DNA from: Clostridia bacterium | Lineage (GTDB): Bacteria > Bacillota > Clostridia > TANB77 > CAG-508 | Assembly (NCBI GenBank): GCA_900752335.1 | Contig: CAADUZ010000001.1 | Location: forward strand, 1,772 to 65,771 | DNA: 64,000 nt | Direction: 5' to 3' | Shown here: in pieces, positions 37,157 through 46,307 of the stretch | How positions within the stretch are numbered: the first letter of the stretch is position 1 | How the letters are laid out: each line of letters begins with the position of its first letter | Translations under genes and position numbers: made by a program | Notes under the pieces: model-generated | What the model was told of the DNA's origin: nothing | Seen by the model: the letters and a program-made list of their open reading frames with translations, nothing else | The model's database searches: none

Positions 37157-37594
37157 TTAAAATATATTTTTCACAGAAAGTTTCGTTTTTTCCTCTATGT
37201 GTTTTAGTATAAAGCTACATTTCTCTGCTTCTGGTAATATCTCATCATATTTTTCTACTTCACAAAATCCTTTAATTGCATATATTTGTGTTTCTACTTT
37301 TTCTAGTTCGTCATGTTCTATATAATATGCAAGTTTTTCTTGAAATTCATTCCATGTGCTTTCTAAATTATCTATTTCTTTTTGTATTGTACTTTTATAT
37401 ATCTTGTTGTTCTCATTGCTATTTTCTAGTTTTTTATTTTCTTCCAAGTCCAATTTTCCATAAACCGCTTCTGAAATCATATCTATTCTCTCGTTCATTT
37501 TACCTACGCAGCTTTTTGTATAATTCTGTGTAATAATATTTGCAGATATTATTAATACAATTATGGTTATGCAAATAATCAGTTCTTTTTTCAT
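37157..37594 (-). CDS. DUF4363-like membrane-anchored protein
   Basis: N-terminal TM followed by a helical domain. It is the typical partner gene downstream of DUF421. Confidence 0.55.
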   Translation of the reverse strand: MKKELIICITIIVLIISANIITQNYTKSCVGKMNERIDMISEAVYGKLDLEENKKLENSNENNKIYKSTIQKEIDNLESTWNEFQEKLAYYIEHDELEKVETQIYAIKGFCEVEKYDEILPEAEKCSFILKHIEEKTKLSVKNIF

Positions 37595-37608
37595 GCATTA
37601 TTCCCCTC

Positions 37609-38289
37609 TTATTTCTTTTTTCCCATCTTTTCTTGGCAGAAGAAATTTCCCTTTCCGTCAATAGTTACAATTAAAGCTTCTTCTGGTAATATTCCAAATT
37701 TAGCTACTTGTTTTTTTAACCATTCATAATCTTTATTTAATATTTTCAAATTTTCATACATTACTTTGCCATCTAGTACTAAATCATAAGCTATGCCTTC
37801 ATATTCTGGTTCTATTCCAAAGTCTTCTGGTATTGTATTTCTTTTATTTGGTTTTTGAATAACAGTAATTTGTCCACTGGTTTCTAATATTGCATATTCT
37901 ACGTCTCCGATATTTACAATATTATTTCCACGTAGTCTTTCTTCCAGTTCATTTACAGTAAATCTTTCTTTTTTTAACTTTTTTTCGTCTATTTTGCCTC
38001 TATATATTAATATTGATGGTTTTCCACACAAAATCTGCCTTGCTTTTATGCTTTTTATATTCAAAACCGAAATAACTAAATGCATTACAAGAAGTGCCAA
38101 AATTGGAATAATTCCGTTTGTTATTGGAATTCCAGCATCTGCCATAGGTGTTGATGCTAAATCTGCTATCATTATTGATATTGCCAGTTCAAACGGTTGA
38201 AGCTGGCCTATTTCTCTTTTTCCCATTAATCTCATAACAACTAATACAATTATGTAAAGCAAAATTGATCTAATAAATATTATTAACAT
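37609..38289 (-). CDS. DUF421 (YetF-family) membrane protein
   Basis: LVVMRLMGKREIGQLQPFELAISIMIADLA is the YetF-type N-terminus. Confidence 0.7.
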   Translation of the reverse strand: MLIIFIRSILLYIIVLVVMRLMGKREIGQLQPFELAISIMIADLASTPMADAGIPITNGIIPILALLVMHLVISVLNIKSIKARQILCGKPSILIYRGKIDEKKLKKERFTVNELEERLRGNNIVNIGDVEYAILETSGQITVIQKPNKRNTIPEDFGIEPEYEGIAYDLVLDGKVMYENLKILNKDYEWLKKQVAKFGILPEEALIVTIDGKGNFFCQEKMGKKK

Positions 38290-38421
38290 ATTCTTTCCTT
38301 TAATTTTAATTTTCCTAATTATATTCTTCACATTTTTTTAGTTATTATTCAATTTGTTTTTTCAAAAAAATTTTTCGTTAATATTTTGTATAAAATATTT
38401 TTTTCAGTGAATAATAAAAGT

Positions 38422-38534
38422 AATATCAAGGATTATTTTTTTCCTTTTTATGTGTATTTTGAAACTTTCTTTTTTTGTTTTTTATCTCTCTTTACAAAGA
38501 TAATCCTTGATATTAAATCTATTTAAATAGATTT
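38422..38534. promoter_or_regulatory. 15-bp perfect inverted repeat pair 63 nt apart, plus a 20-bp perfect palindrome abutting the RBS of 38551..38916
   Basis: AATATCAAGGATTAT (38422-38436) pairs with ATAATCCTTGATATT (38500-38514). AAATCTATTTAAATAGATTT lies at 38515-38534. Confidence 0.3.
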
Positions 38535-38550
38535 AAGGAGGTTTTTTACT

Positions 38551-38916
38551 ATGGAAAATAATGAGGCTCAAACTAGAAGCAATACTTCTACTGTATGGCA
38601 AATTGTAGGACGTTTAATTACAGCTGCAATAGTTTTAGGTATAACTGCATTTTTTACCCCAGGATTTCAAATTAACAGTATTTGGGCTTTAGCAGCAGGT
38701 GCAGTAGTTCTTACTGTAATAGATTACTTACTTGCAAGGTTTACTGGTCTTCATGCAAGTGCTTTCGGTAAAGGGTTTGTAGGTTTTGTTTTAGCAGCAG
38801 TAGTTTTATATGTTACTCAATATTTTGTTGCTGGATACACAATCTCTTGGATTGCAGCAATAGTAGGTGCTTTAGTTTATGGTGTTGTTGACTATTTCTT
38901 ACCTGGCGAAGACTAA
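38551..38916 (+). CDS. Small polytopic membrane protein (internal duplication, each half ending in (I/V)DY(L/F)L)
   Basis: AAGGAGG RBS and three to four TM segments. No family confidently recognised. Confidence 0.5.
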   Translation: MENNEAQTRSNTSTVWQIVGRLITAAIVLGITAFFTPGFQINSIWALAAGAVVLTVIDYLLARFTGLHASAFGKGFVGFVLAAVVLYVTQYFVAGYTISWIAAIVGALVYGVVDYFLPGED

Positions 38917-38958
38917 AATAAATGCCATTGGGATTTTTATCTCAATGGCATTTATTTT
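38915..38958. terminator. Bidirectional terminator between convergent genes
   Basis: AAAATAAATGCCATTG and CAATGGCATTTATTTT form a perfect 16-bp stem with a 12-nt loop. Confidence 0.65.
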
Positions 38959-39628
38959 ATATATATTTATTTAAAAGTTCGATAAGTTCATATACTTTTG
39001 TACAAGGATTCATTTTTGAAGGAATTTTATCTATGTATTGGCTTTCAAGCCATTTAGCATTTGCTATCGCATCATTTAAATATGGTCTTAATTTATCATA
39101 TAGTCCCTCGCCATTCTTTAAATATTTACCTAGGTTGTTCTTTTTAAAAATTTCATTAAGCTTTTTTATGCATTCTTTTCTTCCTATACTTGACTTTATT
39201 TTAATAAAATGTAATAAAAACCATATTTCTATACATTCATTAGACCATATTGGATGATATATTGTGGAGCTTACTTTATTAAGTTCTTTACATTTCTGGA
39301 CTACTTCATTAAAACTTTCTTCTGTAAATTCGTCTCTATCATATACTAGCCATACATTACTTATATAGTTAAGTGATTTTTTTACTTCCTTAATAGCCTC
39401 TTCTAATAAACTAATAGTACCTCTTCCTTTTCCAATTACTTTAATAGAAATTTTTTCTCTATTGTCCTTTGAAATTTTATTTTTTGTTGCGTTAAAATAG
39501 TTTGGTTCAGTTTTAGTTCCTTCGCAAACAATAAGATGGTATTCTAACTTACTTTTTATAGCTCTATCTTTTCTTTTACTTATCCAATTTTTATCTTCGT
39601 CACTTTTTTTAATAGGCTTTTTAGACAT
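38957..39628 (-). CDS. RloB-like (Toprim-like) protein, AbiLii-type
   Basis: HLIVCEGTKTEPNYF, VWLVYDRDEF and WSNECIEIWFLLHF match the RloB pattern. Confidence 0.75.
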   Translation of the reverse strand: MSKKPIKKSDEDKNWISKRKDRAIKSKLEYHLIVCEGTKTEPNYFNATKNKISKDNREKISIKVIGKGRGTISLLEEAIKEVKKSLNYISNVWLVYDRDEFTEESFNEVVQKCKELNKVSSTIYHPIWSNECIEIWFLLHFIKIKSSIGRKECIKKLNEIFKKNNLGKYLKNGEGLYDKLRPYLNDAIANAKWLESQYIDKIPSKMNPCTKVYELIELLNKYI

Positions 39629-40852
39629 TTATTCCTCCCAGCTTAACATTCTTGATAAATATGGGTCTGCCCCATACTTTCCTGTTAAATATTGTTTATT
39701 AAATGCTGCATTTGCTCTTATATGTTCACCATTTTCGTCTCTAATTTCATATAATGAATAAATTTCGCTTTCTTTTTTTTCATTCTTGCATGCAAACCAA
39801 ATTTCATCTCTTCTAAATACTTCATTACTCATTGTAATTAAGTCTTGAGAAGTAAAGATAAGCTGTGCATTTGAAATATTCATATTTTTGTCTTTAAACA
39901 TCATTATTACATATTTAAGTAATTTTGGGTGTAGTTTTGCATCTAATTCGTCTAAAATTGCTAATCCACCACTTAATAAAGCATCTATTATATTAGGTAG
40001 CAAACTAAATATCTTTTTAGTTCCTTCTGATTCTTCTGCAAACTGTAATTCATATTCTTTATTATTGTTTTTATGCTTCGTAAAAAATTTTATTACTCCG
40101 TTTTCTTTTTTTTCAATTCTATAATCACATATATCAATATCCATATCCTCTAATATTTTTAGAAACATTTTCTTTGCTTTTTCTCCATATACTTTTATAG
40201 CTTCTTCAAAAGTTTGTTTAGCATAATTTATAGCTGTTACATTTTCAAAATATTCGATTACGTCTTTAATCACTTCCACATTGTTTGTTATAGATAAATA
40301 GGTTAAATATGGCATATTTTCGTTAACATTAATACTTACATTATTTTTCTTTAAAATTTCTCCTAAAACAATATTCTTTTTATTTCTTTCGAATATTTTA
40401 GCTGGCTTTTTTCCTGTAAATTCTTTTTTGTATAAACTTTCAGTTATTATTTCATTTTTCAAAATTGAAATATCATATTTATACTCATTATTATTAGTAC
40501 TAAAAAACATTTCAAACTCTGTTGGTTTTTTTGTTGATTCTTCATCAAATTTATATGGAATTATATCATTATAAAATGCAAATGTTTTGTGATAACTTTT
40601 CTTTTCACTACTCTTATCTATTAATATTCTTCTTGGTTTTATAATTATAGAAATAAAACATACTAATGCTTCTAATAAGCTAGATTTTCCGCCAGCATTT
40701 GCACCATAAATTACAGATACTGGTAATATTCTTTCTCCATTCTTATCTACAATTATACTTTCTTCGAATTCCTTTATATTTTCTGCTCTCATATCAAATA
40801 CAGTTTCATTTTTATATGATTTAAAATTTTTAAATTTAAATTGATATAACAT
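39629..40852 (-). CDS. AAA_21/ABC-like ATPase, AbiLi/RloA-type
   Basis: FKNFKSYKNETVF, Walker A GANAGGKSSLLEAL, Walker B LAILDELDAKLHP, and FTSQD. Its stop abuts the start of the RloB-like gene. Confidence 0.8.
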   Translation of the reverse strand: MLYQFKFKNFKSYKNETVFDMRAENIKEFEESIIVDKNGERILPVSVIYGANAGGKSSLLEALVCFISIIIKPRRILIDKSSEKKSYHKTFAFYNDIIPYKFDEESTKKPTEFEMFFSTNNNEYKYDISILKNEIITESLYKKEFTGKKPAKIFERNKKNIVLGEILKKNNVSINVNENMPYLTYLSITNNVEVIKDVIEYFENVTAINYAKQTFEEAIKVYGEKAKKMFLKILEDMDIDICDYRIEKKENGVIKFFTKHKNNNKEYELQFAEESEGTKKIFSLLPNIIDALLSGGLAILDELDAKLHPKLLKYVIMMFKDKNMNISNAQLIFTSQDLITMSNEVFRRDEIWFACKNEKKESEIYSLYEIRDENGEHIRANAAFNKQYLTGKYGADPYLSRMLSWEE

Positions 40853-40869
40853 ATTAATTTTCTCCCCAC

Positions 40870-40913
40870 TTTACATATATGTAAATTATACAATATATTA
40901 TTCCCGAATTCAA
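40870..40913 (-). promoter_or_regulatory. Near-consensus promoter of the AbiL-like operon, overlapped by a perfect 16-bp palindrome
   Basis: The minus strand reads TTGAAT-17 nt-TATAAT, followed immediately by TTTACATATATGTAAA (40870-40885), then GGGGAGA and the ATG. Confidence 0.5.
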
Positions 40914-41039
40914 TGGTTTTATGCGTAATTTGCGAAGTTTTTTTACTTAAATTAAAGTAAAAACTGTTTTTTATTTCATTTGTAATAGCATTTTATTTTA
41001 TGATATAATATGCATATATTTTAATAGGAGCTATATATT

Positions 41040-41882
41040 ATGCAAAAACTTATTGTTGATAAAAAATTTGATAATAAAAAAGTGAGCGATTTTTTGTATT
41101 TTCATTTCAATGGACTTACTAAAAATACTTTGTATAAAGCATTTAGAAAAAAAGACATTAGAATTAATGATATAAAAATTGGCGAAGATAAAGTAATTAA
41201 TTATGGAGATAGTATTACTGTATATATTGTAGACGAACTACTTTTTAAAAATGTTAATATAGAGAAAATATATGAAGATGAAAATATATTAGTTGTTAAT
41301 AAACCTACTAATATTGAAGTAATTGGGAATGATTCTGTAACTAGTTTATTAGAAAAGGAATATTCATATATTGCACCATGCCATAGATTAGATAGAAATA
41401 CAACTGGATTACTTTTATTTGCCAAAAATGAAGAATCTTTAAATATCCTATTGGATAAGTTTAAGAATAAAGAAATAGAAAAACATTATCTTGCAAAAGT
41501 TTATGGAATTCCTAAAAAGAAACATGAAGAATTGACTGCATATTTGTTTAAGGACAATAAAAAATCTATGGTATATATTTCAGATAATCCAAAAACTGGA
41601 TATGTAAAAATTCAAACTTCATATACATTATTAGAAAAAAATGAGAAAGAAAAATACAGTGTTTTAGATATTGAATTACATACTGGGAAAACGCATCAAA
41701 TAAGAGCACATTTAGCTCATATAGGACTTCCTATAATAGGAGATGGAAAATATGGTATAAATGAGGTAAATAAGCGTTTTAATTGTAAATTCCAACAACT
41801 TTGTAGCTACATTTTAAAATTTAATTTTGTAGCAGATGCCGGAAGCTTAAATTATTTAACTGGACGAGAAATTAAACTTTGA
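41040..41882 (+). CDS. RluA-family pseudouridine synthase (S4 domain plus catalytic domain)
   Basis: HRLDRNTTGLLLFAK catalytic Asp motif and GKTHQIRAHLA. Confidence 0.85.
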   Translation: MQKLIVDKKFDNKKVSDFLYFHFNGLTKNTLYKAFRKKDIRINDIKIGEDKVINYGDSITVYIVDELLFKNVNIEKIYEDENILVVNKPTNIEVIGNDSVTSLLEKEYSYIAPCHRLDRNTTGLLLFAKNEESLNILLDKFKNKEIEKHYLAKVYGIPKKKHEELTAYLFKDNKKSMVYISDNPKTGYVKIQTSYTLLEKNEKEKYSVLDIELHTGKTHQIRAHLAHIGLPIIGDGKYGINEVNKRFNCKFQQLCSYILKFNFVADAGSLNYLTGREIKL

Positions 41883-41940
41883 AACAAGGGGACACACATT
41901 TTGTTCCATTTTTGAAACAAAATGTGTGTCCCCTTGTTTC
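41881..41940. repeat. Palindromic repeat family, copy C
   Basis: GAAACAAGGGGACACACATTTTGTT-CCATTTTTGA-AACAAAATGTGTGTCCCCTTGTTTC, a perfect 25-bp stem. It overlaps the rluA-family stop codon and lies before the convergent ftsH. Confidence 0.85.
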
Positions 41941-41953
41941 AGTTTATCCACAT

Positions 41954-43756
41954 TTATTTTATTAGTTCTTGGAATTCTTCTGCAGAGATTACTTCTTTTT
42001 CAAGTAATGCTTCTGCCACTCTATCTAGTTTTTCCATATTCTCTCTAATTAGTTTTTGTGCTGTTGCATATGCATTGTCTAGCAATATTTTTACTTCTGC
42101 TCCTATTGCATCTCCAAATTTTTGTCCTAACATTTGTAGTTCATATGGATCTTCATCTGTATTTATTGATACAGGCCCTAGTGTTTCGCTCATTCCGTAT
42201 TTTGTTATCATGTTTTTTGCTATGTTTGTTGCAACTTCTATATCATTGCTTGCTCCTGTTGATATATCATTTAATACTATTTTCTCTGCTGCTCTACCAC
42301 CCATTAAGGCTATCATTTTCTCTTCCATTTCTGTTTTTGAAATGTAGTACTTGTCTTCGTCTGATTTATACATTGTATATCCACCAGCTACGCCTCTTGG
42401 TATGATAGATACTTCTTTTATTCCTTTTTGTGTTTCTAACCTGCTACTTACTATTGCATGTCCTGCTTCGTGATATGCTGTAAGTTTTTTATCTTTTTCT
42501 GACATTACTCTGCTTTGTTTTTCAATTCCTACTGTTACTTTCTTTACAGCATCTTCTATATCTTTATTCGTTATTGCTTCATGCTCATTTATCGTTGCTA
42601 TTATTGCTGCTTCGTTTAAGATATTTGCTAAATCTGCACCTGTAAATCCTGCTGTATCTTCCGCAATACTTTTTAAATTTACGTCCTCTGCAAATTTCTT
42701 TTCTTTTGCATGAATTTTTAGTATTGCTTCCCTTCCTCTTACGTCTGGAAGTCCTATTGTTATTCTTCTATCAAATCTTCCTGGACGCAATAACGCTTTA
42801 TCTAGCATTTCTGGTCTATTTGTTGCTGCAAGTACTATTACAGTTTCTTCTGTGTCGAATCCATCCATCTCTACAAGTAATTGGTTTAGTGTTTGGTTAT
42901 TTTCTGTTTCTGCTCCGCCACTTGTGTTTCTTCTTGAACCTATTGCATCTATCTCATCTATAAATATTATGCAAGGAGATATTTTTTTTGCTTTTTCGAA
43001 TAGCTTTCTTACTCTTGATGCTCCAAGTCCTGCAAACATTTCAATGAATTCTGAACCACTCATTGATATAAATGGTACTTTTGCTTCTCCAGCTATTGCT
43101 TTTGCTATTAATGTTTTACCTGTACCCGGTTGGCCACAAAGTAATACACCTCTAGGAATTTTTGCTCCCATTTTATTGAATCTTTCTGGATTTTTTAAGA
43201 AATCTACTATTTCTATCATTTCATGCTTTTCTTCGTCTAATCCAGCTACGTCATCAAATGTCATTTTAGATTTAGTGGTTTCACTGTCATATACTTTGCC
43301 CTTATCACCCAAGCCTTGCATTTTGAAAAATAGAACTATAAGCACTACTAATAAGATTGTTGGTAAGAATGAGATTAAGCCAGTTCCTATTGATACTAGT
43401 GCATTCGTTGGTTTTTGTATAAGTTCAAATTCGTTATTCCCTTCGTCAACTTTTTGTTGTATAAATTCTGTAAACGCCTGTGTACTTGGGACTATTGTCT
43501 TTTTCTCTTCTTCTACATTTTTTAGTTTTACTTTTATTGTTGTGCTACCCACTGTCATTTCAATTTTTTCTACATTCCCATCATTTAGCTCTTGGATAAG
43601 TTCTGTATACGCAAGTTCTGTTTCGTCCTCTTTATCTGTATCTGCTGTAGCAAAGTAAACTATACATGCTATTGCAACTACTAAAACTATCAAAATTCCA
43701 AATATTATATATTGTTTTTTCTTGCCTTGTTCATTATTTTTTTGCTTTTCTTCCAT
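41954..43756 (-). CDS. ftsH: ATP-dependent zinc metalloprotease FtsH
   Basis: GQPGTGKTL, IIFIDEIDA, the TNRPEMLDKALLRPGRFDR second region of homology, and HEAGHA. Confidence 0.95.
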   Translation of the reverse strand: MEEKQKNNEQGKKKQYIIFGILIVLVVAIACIVYFATADTDKEDETELAYTELIQELNDGNVEKIEMTVGSTTIKVKLKNVEEEKKTIVPSTQAFTEFIQQKVDEGNNEFELIQKPTNALVSIGTGLISFLPTILLVVLIVLFFKMQGLGDKGKVYDSETTKSKMTFDDVAGLDEEKHEMIEIVDFLKNPERFNKMGAKIPRGVLLCGQPGTGKTLIAKAIAGEAKVPFISMSGSEFIEMFAGLGASRVRKLFEKAKKISPCIIFIDEIDAIGSRRNTSGGAETENNQTLNQLLVEMDGFDTEETVIVLAATNRPEMLDKALLRPGRFDRRITIGLPDVRGREAILKIHAKEKKFAEDVNLKSIAEDTAGFTGADLANILNEAAIIATINEHEAITNKDIEDAVKKVTVGIEKQSRVMSEKDKKLTAYHEAGHAIVSSRLETQKGIKEVSIIPRGVAGGYTMYKSDEDKYYISKTEMEEKMIALMGGRAAEKIVLNDISTGASNDIEVATNIAKNMITKYGMSETLGPVSINTDEDPYELQMLGQKFGDAIGAEVKILLDNAYATAQKLIRENMEKLDRVAEALLEKEVISAEEFQELIK

Positions 43757-43788
43757 TTTGATTTTTCCTTTCTTTTAAGCTTTGTTGT

Positions 43789-44844
43789 TTAAGCATTATC
43801 CCCTTCAGGTTCCTTGCCAATTTCTCCCTTATCTTTTTGCTCTTGTTTTTTCTTTTTTTGTCTTTCTTTTTCCCTTTCGCGTTCTCTTCGTTCTTGTTCT
43901 TCCTTTTCTTTTTTCTCTTCTTCTTGTCTTTTTAATTCTTCTTTTACTCTTTCTTGCTCTTCTATTATTTTATTTAGTTCATATTGTTTTCGTATAACGT
44001 CAGATTTTATCATTAAAATTGCTGTAATTATATAAATTGAAGCTATTGCTGTATACATTACTCTAAAATATTCTATTGTAAAGCCTGTTAAGCTATTTAC
44101 TGCAAAGTATATAATGTTTAATATTAATGGTAAAGTTAGTGAATAAGTAGCAATATTGTATATTGCACTATATTTTAACCTCAAGCCCGAAATTCTTGAT
44201 ACTATATATGCTAGTATTGACAAGAAAAATATGTCTATTAATATATTTGATACATATATAATAAATAAGTATAATGTCATGGTTAGAGCTAAAACGCATA
44301 GCGCTATAGCCATTTCTCTTCCGGATAATATATTTATTAATTCTTGTTTGTCTATTTTATTTATATTATACTGTTCTGAAATTTCTTTATATGTTTTTTC
44401 TAATGTACCTGGATATGCTTCGCTCTGTATTATTATTTTATCTTTTAAAATTAATATTCCATTTTTTTGTGATTTTATATTATTGATACTTTCATTTATT
44501 TCTTCTTCTGTTTCTGCTGCTGTATTTATAACTATTACAGGTTGTCCAGCATTTTCAGGGATTATTTCTATCGTTTTTTCTCCACTTGCCGGTATTATAT
44601 CTAACTCATAATTTTCATACTTTATTTCTGAAATTTCATTATTTATATATTCTTTTGCTTTATTTATTGTGCTATATACTTCATATATATATGTAGCAGC
44701 AATTACTATACTAAATATTAAGATAATTAAAGCAATGTATCCTATTGTTCTAGTTACTTTTTCAGCTGCTAGATTCTGATACCCATCAAAATCTAGCACA
44801 CTAGTTTTAACTTTTCTAAAAAACGAAAGCTTTTGCTTTTCCAC
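43789..44844 (-). CDS. Polytopic membrane protein (possibly DUF1189-like) with an E/K-rich C-terminal tail
   Basis: The N-terminus FFRKVKTSVLDFDGYQNLAAEK is recalled as DUF1189-like. The C-terminal 60 aa are low-complexity E/K/R. Confidence 0.45.
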   Translation of the reverse strand: MEKQKLSFFRKVKTSVLDFDGYQNLAAEKVTRTIGYIALIILIFSIVIAATYIYEVYSTINKAKEYINNEISEIKYENYELDIIPASGEKTIEIIPENAGQPVIVINTAAETEEEINESINNIKSQKNGILILKDKIIIQSEAYPGTLEKTYKEISEQYNINKIDKQELINILSGREMAIALCVLALTMTLYLFIIYVSNILIDIFFLSILAYIVSRISGLRLKYSAIYNIATYSLTLPLILNIIYFAVNSLTGFTIEYFRVMYTAIASIYIITAILMIKSDVIRKQYELNKIIEEQERVKEELKRQEEEKKEKEEQERREREREKERQKKKKQEQKDKGEIGKEPEGDNA

Positions 44845-44859
44845 CGTTTTCTCCTTTCG

Positions 44860-46260
44860 CTATATCTTTTCTACTGTCATTCCCTCTTTTGTATCTTTAA
44901 CGATATATCCTTTTTCTTTTAACTCATCTCTTATTTTGTCTGATAATGCCCAATCTTTATTCTCTCTTGCTTCTTTTCTTTCTTCTAGCAATTTTGAAAT
45001 TTCTTCTGGTAATTCTACATTTTTTTGATTTTCAATATATTTTTCTGAATTTATTAAATCTAGTCCTAATACTCTATCAAAATCCAATAATAAATCTGCT
45101 ATTTTTTTAGATTTTGTTTCACTACGTATAATTTCCCATACAATTCCCATTGCAAGTGGTAAATTTAAGTCATCATTTACCGCCGATAAGAATTTGTTTT
45201 TATATTCTTCTATCAAGCTTTCTTCTACATTATCATTTCCATTTTTATGTTTTATATATCCTTCTCTTAATCTATTTAAAGCTTTTTGTGATGCCATAGC
45301 ACCATCAAATGTAAAGTTTAGTTTTGTTCTATAATGTGCTGTGTAGCAGAATAGTTTATATGCTAATGGCTCTATTCCTCTTTCTTCTAGGTCGGATATA
45401 TTATATACATTTCCTAAACTTTTTGACATTTTCCCGCCATCTACTTGCAAGAATTCTACATGCATCCAAGTTTTCGCAGGAATTTTTCCAAAAGCACCTT
45501 TACTTTGTGCTATTTCATTTTCATGGTGAGTTGGTATATGGTCTACACCACCTGTATGTATATCAAACACTTCTCCCAGATATTTTCTAGACATTGCTGA
45601 ACATTCCAAATGCCAACCAGGATATGATAATCCCCATGGGCTATCCCATTTCATTATATGGTTTTCTGGAGCTTTTATCCATATTGCAAAATCATATGGA
45701 TTTCTTTTTTCTGGATCTACGTCTACTCTTGCACCTGCAATTTGGTCTTCTATATTTCTATTTGATAATACAGGATACTTATCTAATTTTGATACGTCAA
45801 AATATATTGCAGTACTTGTTTCATATCCATATCCATTTTCTACTATTTTTTTAGCAAATTCTAACATTTCTGGTATGTGCTCTGTTGCTTTTGCAATTAT
45901 TTCTGGTCTATCAATATTTAATTTATCCATATCTTTGAAAAATGCTTTTGTATAAAACTCTGCTATCTCATAAGGGCTTTTATGCTCTTTTCTTGCTGCC
46001 TTTAACATTTTATCTTCGCCCTCGTCTGCATCTGATTCCAAGTGTCCAACGTCAGTAATATTCATTACATGCTTTAGAGTATATCCGTTATATTTCAAGA
46101 CTCTTCTCAAATTATCCATAAACACATATGTTCTAAAATTTCCTATATGGGCATAGCTATACACCGTTGGTCCACATGAATATATTCTAACCTCGTTCCC
46201 TTCTAGGGGAACGAAGTCATTTTTTTGTTTATTTAATGTGTTATATAACTTTATCTGCAT
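44860..46260 (-). CDS. cysS: Cysteine--tRNA ligase
   Basis: CGPTVYSYAHIGNFR (HIGH) and KMSKSLGN. Confidence 0.95.
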   Translation of the reverse strand: MQIKLYNTLNKQKNDFVPLEGNEVRIYSCGPTVYSYAHIGNFRTYVFMDNLRRVLKYNGYTLKHVMNITDVGHLESDADEGEDKMLKAARKEHKSPYEIAEFYTKAFFKDMDKLNIDRPEIIAKATEHIPEMLEFAKKIVENGYGYETSTAIYFDVSKLDKYPVLSNRNIEDQIAGARVDVDPEKRNPYDFAIWIKAPENHIMKWDSPWGLSYPGWHLECSAMSRKYLGEVFDIHTGGVDHIPTHHENEIAQSKGAFGKIPAKTWMHVEFLQVDGGKMSKSLGNVYNISDLEERGIEPLAYKLFCYTAHYRTKLNFTFDGAMASQKALNRLREGYIKHKNGNDNVEESLIEEYKNKFLSAVNDDLNLPLAMGIVWEIIRSETKSKKIADLLLDFDRVLGLDLINSEKYIENQKNVELPEEISKLLEERKEARENKDWALSDKIRDELKEKGYIVKDTKEGMTVEKI

Positions 46261-46307
46261 ATATTCTTTGTATGATTTTTTTAATCATACTCTCCTTCCT
46301 TTCAATT

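Noticed and set aside
38922-39257. 111-aa plus-strand ORF after the small membrane-protein gene.
   Set aside because: It starts inside the bidirectional terminator and runs antisense to the well-supported RloB-like gene.
26740-41940. Whether the recurring palindromes could be a CRISPR array or CRISPR remnants.
   Set aside because: The copies are kilobases apart, each is self-complementary, and there is no regular repeat-spacer periodicity and no cas genes.
42852-43658. 268-aa plus-strand ORF inside ftsH. Similar long antisense ORFs occur at 2713-3267, 9365-10090, 46315-46920, 49587-50477, 55051-55800, 56593-57213 and 62618-63325.
   Set aside because: All lie antisense to genes with unmistakable conserved motifs. 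Their translations are low-complexity S/F/I/L-rich strings with no RBS. These are typical shadow ORFs of AT-rich genomes.
46261-46307. T-box or riboswitch leaders upstream of cysS, lysS (58125-58226) and dapF/dapL.
   Set aside because: The intergenic regions are only 47-102 nt, too short for a T-box or L-box. No specifier or antiterminator structures were seen.
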